64,000 nt of DNA from Flavobacteriaceae bacterium (GCA_041254175.1 JBESZM010000034.1:20616-84615), one strand, 5' to 3'. Numbered from the stretch's first letter, positions 9,172 to 19,843 are shown. A program made the numbers and translations. The notes: generated by a model not told the origin, from the letters alone.

Positions 9172-10599
9172 ATGAATCGTATCTTAATTTCAATCGGCAT
9201 CGCTTCGCTTTTTTGTTTGGGTTGTGATGATCCTTCGGGCATTGCACCAAAAAGCCCGAACATCGTTTTTCTTTTGGCCGATGATATGGGTTATGGAGAC
9301 TTTGAGAGAATCGGAGGGTCAACAAAAACTCCCAACCTGAACAGACTGGCTGATGAAGGTGTCTTTTTCGATAATTTTTATGCCGCGGGGCCCAACTGCT
9401 CTCCTTCCAGAACAGGGCTTATGACCGGTAAAAGCCCTGCCAAAGTAGGCATGTACAGCTACAGACCTCCACATCATCCTTTGCACCTTCCCGATCAAGA
9501 GGTTACTCTGGCAGAATTGCTTAAAACCAAAGGTTATCAAACGGCCCATATCGGGAAATGGCATCTGGGAGAATTGACCGAAAATCCTGAGTTCGATCAT
9601 CCACAACCCCATGACCAGGGTTTTGATTATTCAATGGGGACAGAAAACAACGCAGAACCTTCTCATCGCAACCCCATCAACTTTATCCGAAATGGCAAAG
9701 CACTCGGTCTTGTAGAGGGGTATTCTTGCCAAATCGTCGCCCAAGAATGCATGGACTGGCTCAATCAAAAAAGTGATGACCCTTTCTTTTTGTACGTGGC
9801 TTTTCACGAACCTCATGCAAAAGTCGCCTCTCCACCTGAATTGGTTGAAAAATATAAAAATCTGCCCCTAAAAGATGCTAAATATCTTGCCAATATTGAC
9901 CATCTGGATAGGGCCATTGGACGAATATTGAATTATCTGGAACAGCACGACTTGATGGACAATACGATCATCATGTTCAGCTCAGACAACGGCTCCTATC
10001 GTTTGGCCTCCAATGCCGGTTTGAAGGCTGTAAAGAGTTATTTGTACGATGGTGGAATCCGGGTTCCGGGGATTGTTAAGTGGCCGGGGATTCAGACCAA
10101 CAGAAAAGTTATTAATACCCCCACGGGTTTGGTTGATGTACTCCCCACCCTTTGTGAAATTGTAGGAATTGATCCACCGGAAGACTTGGATGGAAGCAGT
10201 TTTTTACCCCTTTTGGAAGGAAAACCTTTCCGGCGCAAACGTCCGCTTTACTGGTTTTTTTACCGCACCAGCCCTGAAATTGCCATGCGTGTTGGCGATC
10301 ATATGATTTTAGGTTTGGATCATGATACCGTTCCCCGCCCCCACCAATTTTCTCAAGACGACTACGAGTATCTTAAAACCATTTCTCTAAAAGATTACGA
10401 GTTGTATGATCTGCGACATGACTTTTCACAAGAAAACAACCTTTTTGATACCCACCCCAAAAAAGACTCCCTAAAAGCATTGGTCGATCATCAATTGACC
10501 GAAATTAGGAACAACCGCTACCCCTGGAAAGAACTACCTCTTAAATTAGAGCGGCGGAAAAAGAAAACCAACTGGGTTCGATACCAAGTTGTCAACTAA
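9172..10599 (+). CDS. formylglycine-dependent sulfatase (arylsulfatase family)
   Basis: 475 aa with a lipoprotein-like signal, LADDMGYGD and the CSPSRTGLMTGK sulfatase signature. Confidence 0.9.
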   Translation: MNRILISIGIASLFCLGCDDPSGIAPKSPNIVFLLADDMGYGDFERIGGSTKTPNLNRLADEGVFFDNFYAAGPNCSPSRTGLMTGKSPAKVGMYSYRPPHHPLHLPDQEVTLAELLKTKGYQTAHIGKWHLGELTENPEFDHPQPHDQGFDYSMGTENNAEPSHRNPINFIRNGKALGLVEGYSCQIVAQECMDWLNQKSDDPFFLYVAFHEPHAKVASPPELVEKYKNLPLKDAKYLANIDHLDRAIGRILNYLEQHDLMDNTIIMFSSDNGSYRLASNAGLKAVKSYLYDGGIRVPGIVKWPGIQTNRKVINTPTGLVDVLPTLCEIVGIDPPEDLDGSSFLPLLEGKPFRRKRPLYWFFYRTSPEIAMRVGDHMILGLDHDTVPRPHQFSQDDYEYLKTISLKDYELYDLRHDFSQENNLFDTHPKKDSLKALVDHQLTEIRNNRYPWKELPLKLERRKKKTNWVRYQVVN

Positions 10600-10642
10600 T
10601 AAAAAATTTGGTTGATGAAAATTGAATTTTTATATTGGTGGT

Positions 10643-11506
10643 ATGAGTAAAATCGCTTTCAAAAAAATAATGGTTGGGTTTGCCTTCTCGCCCAACCTAA
10701 AGGCCAATGTTTTTGAATCCTTGAGGATGGCTCATTATTTTGGGGGAGAGTTGATCTTTGTCCACGTAGGAAGTAAGACCCCCGAAAAAGAATCTCGATT
10801 TAATGAAATTGTGTCCTCCAGTCCGATTCAGTCGGAGAAAATCACCATTGAATGGAGGGTGGGTAATCCCGTCAATACTCTATTAAAAGCCAGTGAAGAA
10901 TTCAATGTAGATCTGATTCTGTTAGGAGCGTTAAAAAGAGAAAATGTCGTAAAGTTTTATTTGGGATCAATTGCCAGGAAAATTACCCGAAGGGCAAAGT
11001 GTTCGGTTCTGTTGTTGATCAACCCCTCTGTAGAAAGAAAGCCATGCCAGCACATTGTAGTCAATGGGTTTGACAGTCCACAAACCAGAGATACCATCGG
11101 AGCTGCTTTTATGGTTGCAAAAGCTTTGGGGGCCAAAAAGATCTCACTGGTGGAGGAAATAAGCCGCTCCAAAGTTGCTGTCGCTGTCGATGATGACAGA
11201 AGTTTGCGACGGGCCACGCTGAAAAAAGAAAAACTGAGACGGCAAGAACAAACGCGAGTTAAGGATGTAATTAAAAAACTTCCTGCCAAGCTGACCACCA
11301 ATATCAATTGGACGACCCAAAGCATTTTTGGAAGAAGAGGTTACTCCATTGGACATTATGCCAAAGTGGTACGTGCTGACTTGTTGGTTATGAATGCGCA
11401 AGAAAATCTCAGTTTTATCGACCGGTTAATTACCAGAGATATAGAGCACATTTTGGCAGAATTGCCCACAGATGTATTAATCATAAACTCGAAAGGAAAT
11501 GAATAA
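10643..11506 (+). CDS. tandem-domain universal stress protein
   Basis: About 287 aa with two UspA-like halves. Its 3' end overlaps the SulP start by 8 nt. Confidence 0.75.
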   Translation: MSKIAFKKIMVGFAFSPNLKANVFESLRMAHYFGGELIFVHVGSKTPEKESRFNEIVSSSPIQSEKITIEWRVGNPVNTLLKASEEFNVDLILLGALKRENVVKFYLGSIARKITRRAKCSVLLLINPSVERKPCQHIVVNGFDSPQTRDTIGAAFMVAKALGAKKISLVEEISRSKVAVAVDDDRSLRRATLKKEKLRRQEQTRVKDVIKKLPAKLTTNINWTTQSIFGRRGYSIGHYAKVVRADLLVMNAQENLSFIDRLITRDIEHILAELPTDVLIINSKGNE

Positions 11507-13712
11507 AGCCACACCTTTAAAGCAATTTATGGCCGGCTTACCGAAAAATATTTTTTCAGGTTTTGTCGTTTCCCTCATCGCCTTGCCTTTGGGGTTGGGA
11601 TTGGCCATTGCCTCCGAAGCCCCCCCAATTGCGGGAATCATCGCAGCCATTGCGGGGGGGATGGTGGTTTCTGTTTTGGGTGGATCGCACCTCACCATAA
11701 CGGGGCCTGGAAATGGACTGGTCATCGTGGTTCTCTCGGCCATTGTCGGTATGGGAGAGGGAGACTTGTATCAAGGATATTTGTACACCTTAGCCGCCAT
11801 CATGTTGTCCGGACTGTTGCTGTTTATTTTTGGTGTTTTTCGCTTGGGAGCATTGAGTGAATTTTTTCCGACCACAGCACTGCAAGGCATGTTGGCTGCC
11901 ATTGGGGTCGGTATTTTGGCCAAACAGTTTCATGTCATGTTGGGCTTTACCGATGTCAAAGGCAATACCATCAATCAATTGATCCTGATCCCCAATTCCA
12001 TCAAAAATTTACTGAGCAACCCTTCGAGCGATATTATCTTAGCAAGTGCCATAGGGGTGTTGAGTTTGATCTTTTTATTCCTCTATGCCCGGATCAGAAA
12101 TTCTGTTTTTCAATTGATCCCCGCCCCTATGTGGGTGGTAATCGCCTCCATAGGAGTGATGTATTATTATGATCTGGTCTTAAAAACACCGGAGGTCTTG
12201 GGGTCTAATCTGATGATCACGCTGCCTGATAACTTGATGGCTTCCCTGCCTAGCCCCGACTTTGGTAAAATCTTAACTTCTGATTTTATGGGCTACACCC
12301 TATCCATCACCCTCGTGGCTGTGATTGAGTCTTTACTGAGTATCAAAGCCGTAGATAAGCTAGATCCACTGAAGAGAAGATCAAACATCAATAAGGATCT
12401 GAGGGCGTTGGGAATCGCAACGGGTGTTAGTGGTTTTTTTGGAGGGCTCAATGTAGTAACTGTTATTGCAAGAAGTTCCGTAAACGTAAACAACGGAGGA
12501 AACAATCGTTCTGCCAACTTTTTTCACGCTGCCTTTTTGGTTGTTTTCATACTGTTATTTGCAAAACAAATTCAAAAAATCCCCATGCCTGCCCTGGCGG
12601 CAATTTTAGTGTATACAGGATACCGACTGGCTACACCCGAAAACTTGTTGCGTATTTATAAGGTAGGAAAAGAGCAAGCCATCATTTTTCTCACCACCTT
12701 GGTCGCAACACTGATGACCAGTCTTACCACGGGTATTCTACTGGGCATATTGACCACCCTCTTGGTGCATATTGTCCTCAACAAAAGTGGGGTTTTGTTT
12801 TCCCGCAATTGGCTTAAGCCCAACGTGCTGATGTACTTGGAAGAAGAAACGGGCAACTATTATGTGAGTGTAAAGAATTTTTGCAGTTTCCTGAACTTTT
12901 TCAAGCTCAAGACCAAACTGGATGAAATTCCTCCCAGTGCTCACGCCATTATCGATTTTTCTCTTTGTGAATTTGTAGATCACACTGTTATGGAGGGCCT
13001 AAACGATTACAGCCGAAGCTTTTCCCGTCAGGGTGGGTTTTTCGAAATCATCGGGCTTGATGTTCACGAAGCCAAGACAGAGCATCCCTTTGCAATTCGC
13101 AAAAGCATGCCCGAATCCTCTCTTTTGAATTTTCAAATTTCTTTGACCAAAAGGCAAAAACTTTTGCAAAAATTGTCTACTATCTTAGATTGGAATTACC
13201 TAGCTGAACCCGTCTCAAACTATGACAACTTGGAACGATTTTTTTATTTCAAAACCAAATGGATCAACTATCGTTACAACAATCTGGAAAGTAAAAACAA
13301 GGATTTCTTACTGTTTGACCTGTCCTATAGCGAAGGTGCATTTATTGCTAAAGAAGATTTGAGGTCGACCTTTTTGCAAATCAAAGTACCGAAGAAAATG
13401 CCTGTGTTTACTCTGGACAAAGAAAACTTTATGACCACCATACTGCAATTGTCAGGGTTGGAAGATATTGACTTTAAAAAACATCCCGATTTCTCGAGAA
13501 GGTTTTACCTTAGAGGTGAAGATGTAAAATCCATACGAGCTTTTTTTACAGATGATCTCATTTATTTCTTCGAAAGCCATCCTGCCTACTACCTGGAATC
13601 CGACGGAGACAGTCTATTGATTCGCAGCAAAGAGCGATTGGCCAGCATCCAAGAAATAAAGCAAATATTGGCTTTTGCCGAGGAACTTCTTAAAATTCTA
13701 GAGAATAAATAA
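11499..13712 (+). CDS. SulP family inorganic anion transporter with STAS domain and extra C-terminal domain
   Basis: 737 aa with a SulP TM core (GLPLGLGLAIASEAPP), a STAS-like region around aa 440-540, then about 200 aa of unrecognised sequence. Confidence 0.9.
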   Translation: MNKATPLKQFMAGLPKNIFSGFVVSLIALPLGLGLAIASEAPPIAGIIAAIAGGMVVSVLGGSHLTITGPGNGLVIVVLSAIVGMGEGDLYQGYLYTLAAIMLSGLLLFIFGVFRLGALSEFFPTTALQGMLAAIGVGILAKQFHVMLGFTDVKGNTINQLILIPNSIKNLLSNPSSDIILASAIGVLSLIFLFLYARIRNSVFQLIPAPMWVVIASIGVMYYYDLVLKTPEVLGSNLMITLPDNLMASLPSPDFGKILTSDFMGYTLSITLVAVIESLLSIKAVDKLDPLKRRSNINKDLRALGIATGVSGFFGGLNVVTVIARSSVNVNNGGNNRSANFFHAAFLVVFILLFAKQIQKIPMPALAAILVYTGYRLATPENLLRIYKVGKEQAIIFLTTLVATLMTSLTTGILLGILTTLLVHIVLNKSGVLFSRNWLKPNVLMYLEEETGNYYVSVKNFCSFLNFFKLKTKLDEIPPSAHAIIDFSLCEFVDHTVMEGLNDYSRSFSRQGGFFEIIGLDVHEAKTEHPFAIRKSMPESSLLNFQISLTKRQKLLQKLSTILDWNYLAEPVSNYDNLERFFYFKTKWINYRYNNLESKNKDFLLFDLSYSEGAFIAKEDLRSTFLQIKVPKKMPVFTLDKENFMTTILQLSGLEDIDFKKHPDFSRRFYLRGEDVKSIRAFFTDDLIYFFESHPAYYLESDGDSLLIRSKERLASIQEIKQILAFAEELLKILENK

Positions 13713-13775
13713 ATTTATCTTTTACTTTGGACATTAAGGGTATTGCTATTTTATAACATTTCAAAACTCAAAATC

Positions 13776-14786
13776 ATGAAACTTAAAATTATTCCGTTGT
13801 TTGCGATTTGCTTTTTTACCTACTTGAGTGCGCAACAAAAAAGAACGATAGGCGCTGTAGAGCGCCTGCTTCCCGAAATGAACCGGTTCGTTGCTCCGGG
13901 AGCCGAAATCGAGATCCTTGCCGAAGGATTTGGTTGGTCGGAAGGCCCCGTATGGGTGGATCGACTCGATGCCGTTTTGTTTTCCGATGTCCCCGGCAAT
14001 AAAGTCTATCAATGGGACGAAAAAAACGGGCTGAGTGTCTTTCTCGATCCCAGTGGCTATACCGGAATTGCTCCCCGAGAAAAAAAGGGAAGTAAAAATG
14101 CTATGAACCGAGACGAAAGTGGTTCCAATGGTTTGATCTTGGATAAAAAAGGTCAACTCATCATTTGTATGCACGGAGACAGAAGGGTCGCACGGCTAAC
14201 CGATTGGGAAAAGAACGATTTTACTACCATTGTTGGCAAATATCAGGGGAAGTATTTCAACAGCCCCAATGATCTGGTATACGCAAAAAATGGAGATTTG
14301 TATTTTACCGATCCCCCCTACGGTTTGAAAAAAGGGGACGACGACGCATTAAAAGAGTTGCCTTTCAACGGTGTGTTCAAACTTACACCTTCGGGAGAAC
14401 TTTCTCTGATCATTGACGACCTGACCCGGCCCAATGGGATCGCCGTTTCCAATGATCAAAAAACATTATACGTTGCCATTTCTGATCCAAAAGACCGAAG
14501 AATCATGGCTTATGACATTACCCCCAATGGCGTTGAGAATGCCAGAGTGTTTTTTAACGATGATGCGCTGGCAAAAGGAAGCCGGGGAAACTTTGATGGA
14601 CTAAAAATCCACCCTTCAGGAACGATTTTTACTACCGGTCCCGGTGGCGTTTTGATCATTACCCCCGAAGGCAAACACCTGGGCACCATTAAAACGCAGG
14701 AGAAAACTGCCAATTGCGCGTTTGACGCCAACTACGAATACCTCTACATGACCACCCACATGTACCTAACACGTATCAAATTATAA
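13776..14786 (+). CDS. SMP-30/gluconolactonase/LRE family protein
   Basis: Signal peptide followed by a beta-propeller lactonase pattern (EGPVW, NSPNDL, RPNGIA, DGLK). Confidence 0.8.
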   Translation: MKLKIIPLFAICFFTYLSAQQKRTIGAVERLLPEMNRFVAPGAEIEILAEGFGWSEGPVWVDRLDAVLFSDVPGNKVYQWDEKNGLSVFLDPSGYTGIAPREKKGSKNAMNRDESGSNGLILDKKGQLIICMHGDRRVARLTDWEKNDFTTIVGKYQGKYFNSPNDLVYAKNGDLYFTDPPYGLKKGDDDALKELPFNGVFKLTPSGELSLIIDDLTRPNGIAVSNDQKTLYVAISDPKDRRIMAYDITPNGVENARVFFNDDALAKGSRGNFDGLKIHPSGTIFTTGPGGVLIITPEGKHLGTIKTQEKTANCAFDANYEYLYMTTHMYLTRIKL

Positions 14787-14790
14787 ACTG

Positions 14791-15642
14791 GTGGAATTAC
14801 ACTCCATAGCCTGCGGTAATTTTAAATTGGATGGTGGTGCCATGTTTGGTGTTGTCCCCAAACTCCTTTGGGAGAAAACCAATCCTGCTGATGCAAACAA
14901 TCGTATCGAAATGTGCAGCCGGTCTTTGTTGGTTGAGGAGGGCAACCGACTCATACTGATCGATACGGGAATGGGCAACAAACAAAGTGAAAAGTTTTTT
15001 AGCCATTATGACCGATGGGGAGACGAAAACTTGGACCAATCACTGCGTCAAAAAGGATTTCACAGGGACGACATCACTGATGTTTTTTTCACCCACCTAC
15101 ACTTTGACCACTGTGGTGATGCCGTGAAAAGAAACAACAAAGGGGTGCTTGAGCCTGCATTTAAAAATGCCGTCTTTTGGTCCCATGAAAATCACTGGCA
15201 GTGGGCCACCCAACCCAATCCTAGAGAGAAGGCCTCTTTCTTGCCTGAGAATATCTTACCCATTGAAAAAAGTGGTCAGCTTCAGCTGCTTAAAGGAGAA
15301 GACTTTTTACTGGAAAATACCCCTTTAGGTTTTGATATCATTCTGGTTAATGGTCACACAGAAAAACAAATGTTACCCCTAATAAAATACCAGGGAAAAA
15401 CTTTGGTTTTTGCTGCTGATCTAATCCCAACAGTAGGGCATTTACCCATCCCTTATGTGATGGGATATGATACACGACCGCTGATGTCCATGGAGGAAAA
15501 AAGTCTCTTTTTGAATTTAGCCTGCGAAAAAGATTTCTTATTATTTTTAGAACATGACCCATACAACGAATTGATCTCTCTAAAGCAGACAGACAAGGGT
15601 GTAAGATTGGGAGAAAAACAAACTTTAGCAGAATTTTTTTAA
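14791..15642 (+). CDS. MBL-fold metallo-hydrolase
   Basis: 283 aa with the THLHFDHCGD (HxHxDH) motif. GTG start. Confidence 0.8.
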   Translation: MELHSIACGNFKLDGGAMFGVVPKLLWEKTNPADANNRIEMCSRSLLVEEGNRLILIDTGMGNKQSEKFFSHYDRWGDENLDQSLRQKGFHRDDITDVFFTHLHFDHCGDAVKRNNKGVLEPAFKNAVFWSHENHWQWATQPNPREKASFLPENILPIEKSGQLQLLKGEDFLLENTPLGFDIILVNGHTEKQMLPLIKYQGKTLVFAADLIPTVGHLPIPYVMGYDTRPLMSMEEKSLFLNLACEKDFLLFLEHDPYNELISLKQTDKGVRLGEKQTLAEFF

Positions 15643-17234
15643 TGAAAAAACTCTTTTATTTACTCAGCTGCCCCTTGATGATTTCTTGTAGTACCATTAA
15701 GTTTGTGGGGAACCCCACAACTACCTCCTTGGTCGACTACAACAAAAAAGAGGCGCTGGTCGAATACGAGGAAAAATTCTGGCATTTGATGGATCTCCGC
15801 AGGGACAGTATTGCTGGAATGAGCGTAGATCGTGCCCATGACGAGCTGATCAAAGACCAAAAAGGAGAGACGGTAATTGTTGCTGTGATCGACTCTGGGG
15901 TGGATATTGATCACCCCGAGCTGCAAGAAATTATCTGGATCAATGAGGATGAAATTCCAAACAATCTGATCGACGACGATCAAAACGGATATGTTGACGA
16001 CATCCACGGATGGAATTTTTTGGGTGAGTCCGAACTGGAAAACATGGAGTCTGTGCGATTACAAAGGAAAGAGACCCCCGGATCTGAAGCTTTTGAGAAG
16101 TTTGAAAAAGACCGCCTGAAAAATATTCAAAACAAAAAAGAAGAACTGGCTAGTATTGAGAGCATGATCCAAAAGTATCATGAGTCAGACAGTATCATCA
16201 AGCTTGTCCTTGGAAAGGAGAAATATTCCCTCGAGGAGGTTGAGAATTTTTCTCCTAAAACTTTTGCCCTAATGGAAGCTTTGATTTTTAGGCGTTTTTT
16301 GAGTGAGAATCAGCTGACAAAGTCGAAACTTGAGGTATACCAAAAAGGGGCGCAAAGTGGTATTGATGGCCATTATAATATTGATTTTGACGGTAGGGCT
16401 ATCGTTGGGGATAACCCTGATGACATCAATGACCAAAACTATGGAAATGGAAACGTCATCGGCCCCAAAAAGGACGGTGCCAACCACGGGACCCACGTGT
16501 CCGGGATCATTGCTGCCAACCGAAACGATAAGAAAGGCAACAGGGGTGTTTATGATCAAGCCAAGATCATGGTTTTAAGGGCGGTACCCGACGGTGACGA
16601 ATACGACAAAGATATTGCTTTGGCCATACGCTATGCTGCAGACAACGGTGCTAAGGTGATCAATACCAGTTTTGGAAAAGGTTACTCTCCCCACAAAGAG
16701 TGGGTCTGGGACGCCTTGAAATACGCTGAAGAAAAAGATGTTTTGATTGTCAATGCTGCCGGGAACAGTGGAGCCAATGTTGACCCGGGAAATAAAAAAA
16801 CTTATGTAACCGATGAACTTGACGGAAAAGAAATCGTTTCTAATTTTCTAACTGTTGGAGCTGTTGGTTCCTCCTACAGTAAAGAGCAAGTAGCTTCTTT
16901 TTCCAACTTTGGATCTGTAAACGTAGATGTTTTTGCTCCCGGATCGAAAATTTGGTCATCGGTTCCCCGCGGAAAATATGAGTTCTACAGCGGCACATCG
17001 ATGGCGGCACCCAACGCCTCCGGAGTGGCTGCGGCAATAAGATCCTTTTTTCCTAAATTGAAAGCCTATCAGGTTAAAAGAATACTAATGAATTCCGGTG
17101 TGCCGCTTTATCCAACGATCGAAAACCCCAAAACAGGAGAATTGGTTAATCCCAAAGTGCTGTCCAGATCAGGAAAAATGGTTAATTTATACAATGCCCT
17201 AATTTACGCCTCAAACAAAAGCTACAAAAAATGA
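15642..17234 (+). CDS. S8 family (subtilisin-like) serine peptidase
   Basis: Catalytic triad contexts VIDSGVD, HGTHVSG and GTSMAAP. The start overlaps the upstream stop (TAATG). Confidence 0.9.
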   Translation: MKKLFYLLSCPLMISCSTIKFVGNPTTTSLVDYNKKEALVEYEEKFWHLMDLRRDSIAGMSVDRAHDELIKDQKGETVIVAVIDSGVDIDHPELQEIIWINEDEIPNNLIDDDQNGYVDDIHGWNFLGESELENMESVRLQRKETPGSEAFEKFEKDRLKNIQNKKEELASIESMIQKYHESDSIIKLVLGKEKYSLEEVENFSPKTFALMEALIFRRFLSENQLTKSKLEVYQKGAQSGIDGHYNIDFDGRAIVGDNPDDINDQNYGNGNVIGPKKDGANHGTHVSGIIAANRNDKKGNRGVYDQAKIMVLRAVPDGDEYDKDIALAIRYAADNGAKVINTSFGKGYSPHKEWVWDALKYAEEKDVLIVNAAGNSGANVDPGNKKTYVTDELDGKEIVSNFLTVGAVGSSYSKEQVASFSNFGSVNVDVFAPGSKIWSSVPRGKYEFYSGTSMAAPNASGVAAAIRSFFPKLKAYQVKRILMNSGVPLYPTIENPKTGELVNPKVLSRSGKMVNLYNALIYASNKSYKK

Positions 17235-19048
17235 GAACAACCTGTATTATCCTATTGCTTGCCCTGAGCTCAACATCTTATGCACAAAATTATTGGCAGC
17301 AAGCGGTTGATTACAAAATGGAGGTCGATATAGACGTCAAAACTTTTAAATATTCAGGAGAACAAGAGTTGTTATACACCAACAACTCCCCGGACAGTCT
17401 CAAAAAAGTTTTTTACCACCTCTACTTCAACGCCTTTCAGCCGGGGAGCGAAATGGCAGTAAGGATCAAAAACGGAAAGGACAAAAACACCCGATTTCGT
17501 GTTGATATTGACTCACTAAAATCCGATGAAGTTGGTTATTTGAACGTTTCTAACTTAAAACAAGATGGAAATGTATTAAAGTATGAACTTTCAGAAACCA
17601 TATTGGAAGTGTTATTATCTCAACCCCTTGGCCCCGGAGAAAGCACTCGGTTGACTTTAGATTTTGAGGGTCAAGTGCCAAAGTTGGTGCGTAGAGCCGG
17701 TAGAGATTCTGCAGAGGGGGTGGCCCTTTCTATGGCGCAATGGTATCCCAAAATAGCAGAATATGACTACGAGGGCTGGAATGCTGAGCCTTATTTGGGA
17801 AGGGAGTTTCATGGCGTTTGGGGCAATTTTGATGTAAGCCTGACTCTGGATAAAAAATATGTCGTTGCAGCCAGCGGATACCTCCAAAACCCCGATGAAG
17901 TAGGACATGGTTACAGCGAGAAAAGAGGGAAGTCAAAAAGGGGGAAACTAAAATGGCATTTCGTAGCACCAAAAGTGCATGATTTTACTTGGTCCGCCGA
18001 TCCCGATTATATTCACGACACTCATAAGGGGCCTAACGATGTACTCCTGCATTTCTTTTATAAGGACAACCCTAAATACAACGAAAACTGGAAAAACCTT
18101 CAGCCCAAGACTGCTGAGTTGATGCGCTTTTTCAATCAGACAATTGGTGAATATCCATATCGACAATATACCGTAGCACAAGGGGGTGACGGGGGAATGG
18201 AATATGCCATGCTCACCCTGATTACCGGTAATAGAAGTTTTGAGAGCTTGGTAGGCGTAACAGCACATGAGCTGGCCCATTCTTGGTTTCAGCATGTTTT
18301 GGCAACCAACGAGATGAAATACGAGTGGATGGACGAAGGTTTTACAACTTATATCTCCACTTTGGCCAAGGATAAAATTCTGAACCAAAACACCTTTTTT
18401 CCACTGCAAAGATCCTATGACAGTTATCTCTATTTGGCACGATCCGGAAAGGAGCAGCCACAACAAACAAATGCAAACCGCTATGATTACAATCTGGCAT
18501 ATGAGATCTCAGCATACAGCAAGGGGTCAGTCTTTTTGAGTCAATTGGGTTATATCATTGGGGAAGACAAGTTGGCTAAAACCTTAAAAGAATATTATCG
18601 ACTACATCAGTTCCAACACCCTGTACCGAACGACTTTAGACGAATTGCCGAGCGGGTGTCGGGCATTCAACTGAGGTGGTATTTGACGGATTGGACTCAG
18701 ACAACCAACACCATTGACTATGGTATAAAGTCTGTTGAAGGAAAAGAATCTAAGACGGTTGTAAGTATTGAAAGAATTGGTTCTATGCCCATGCCTTTAG
18801 AGGTATTGGTGAACTTCAAAGACAGCCCTTCTGAGGTTCACTACATACCCATCCCTCTAATGAGGGGAGAAAAAGAAAACCCTTACTCGATGAAATGGAC
18901 GGTACACAAGGATTGGCCTTGGGCTCGTCCGGAATATGAGTTAATGATCAATCATCCCAAAAGTAAAATAGTGGATATATTCATTGACCCGTCCTATTAT
19001 ATGGCCGACATCGACCGGGAAAACAATACTTATTTTAATCAGCCATGA
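17231..19048 (+). CDS. M1 family metallopeptidase
   Basis: HELAH-x18-E (HELAHSWF...WMDEGF) gluzincin motif and a signal peptide. ATGA overlap with the S8 gene. Confidence 0.9.
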   Translation: MRTTCIILLLALSSTSYAQNYWQQAVDYKMEVDIDVKTFKYSGEQELLYTNNSPDSLKKVFYHLYFNAFQPGSEMAVRIKNGKDKNTRFRVDIDSLKSDEVGYLNVSNLKQDGNVLKYELSETILEVLLSQPLGPGESTRLTLDFEGQVPKLVRRAGRDSAEGVALSMAQWYPKIAEYDYEGWNAEPYLGREFHGVWGNFDVSLTLDKKYVVAASGYLQNPDEVGHGYSEKRGKSKRGKLKWHFVAPKVHDFTWSADPDYIHDTHKGPNDVLLHFFYKDNPKYNENWKNLQPKTAELMRFFNQTIGEYPYRQYTVAQGGDGGMEYAMLTLITGNRSFESLVGVTAHELAHSWFQHVLATNEMKYEWMDEGFTTYISTLAKDKILNQNTFFPLQRSYDSYLYLARSGKEQPQQTNANRYDYNLAYEISAYSKGSVFLSQLGYIIGEDKLAKTLKEYYRLHQFQHPVPNDFRRIAERVSGIQLRWYLTDWTQTTNTIDYGIKSVEGKESKTVVSIERIGSMPMPLEVLVNFKDSPSEVHYIPIPLMRGEKENPYSMKWTVHKDWPWARPEYELMINHPKSKIVDIFIDPSYYMADIDRENNTYFNQP

Positions 19049-19404
19049 CCCAAAAGCATGGTTTGGAAAAGCTGAAAAGTAAAATTAGGATTGACCTTGT
19101 TTTTAAAAAAGGAAAGGCGGTGAGGTCCGGAGCTTTGATCTTGCATTTTTTTAATCCTAAAGAAGAGGTAAAAAAACCGCACCTTGGAGTGGGCGTTCCC
19201 AAGAAGTCAATACCGATGGCCTACCGGCGCAATCGAATAAAGAGACAAATAAGGGCCGTGATTCTTCAACAGGAGAAGGAGGTGCTCGATTCGCTTCCGC
19301 CTGGGTTTTACATGGTTTTATACAAGGGAAAATTTGGTGTTAGCTCTAAAAGTTTGTCTCAGGACTTTCAAGGCCTGATCAAGAGCTTTGTTGGGCAGGA
19401 TTAA
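19045..19404 (+). CDS. rnpA: ribonuclease P protein component
   Basis: 119 aa, basic, with an RnpA-like sequence (LKSKIRIDLVFKKGKAV, RNRIKRQIR). ATGA overlap with the M1 peptidase gene. Confidence 0.8.
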   Translation: MTQKHGLEKLKSKIRIDLVFKKGKAVRSGALILHFFNPKEEVKKPHLGVGVPKKSIPMAYRRNRIKRQIRAVILQQEKEVLDSLPPGFYMVLYKGKFGVSSKSLSQDFQGLIKSFVGQD

Positions 19405-19840
19405 GGTACATGGCACAATGGGGAATCCCATCCTCTAAGTAAATTTTTCCTTTTTCAACGAAACCACACTGATTGTAAAACTTTTTGAGATAAACCTGTG
19501 CAGAAATTTTTATGGTTTGGTTGCCAAAATGTTCCTTACAAAAACTTATGCTTTTCTGAACCAAGTTGAAACCTATACCCTTCCCTCTTTCCTGTTTTTG
19601 GGTGACGACCCTACCAATCCTGGCGTGTTTTTTTTCAAATGCTCCGGGGCGAAAAATTCGGGAGTAGGCAATGAGTTTGTTTTTTTGATATCCAAGCAAG
19701 TGAGTTGCCCGAGAATCTTTCCCGTCCAAATCCTGATAAGGGCAGTCCTGTTCTACAACAAAGACAGATGCCCTCAGTTTTAACAGTTCGTAGAGCTCGC
19801 TGAGCGTTAGTTCTTCATATTCTCTAAATAACCATTCCAT
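19379..19840 (-). CDS. GNAT family N-acetyltransferase (ElaA-like)
   Basis: 153 aa with an acetyl-CoA binding motif (QKQERGKGIG). Its 3' end overlaps rnpA by 26 nt (convergent). Confidence 0.75.
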   Translation of the reverse strand: MEWLFREYEELTLSELYELLKLRASVFVVEQDCPYQDLDGKDSRATHLLGYQKNKLIAYSRIFRPGAFEKKHARIGRVVTQKQERGKGIGFNLVQKSISFCKEHFGNQTIKISAQVYLKKFYNQCGFVEKGKIYLEDGIPHCAMYLNPAQQSS

Positions 19841-19843
19841 TGT

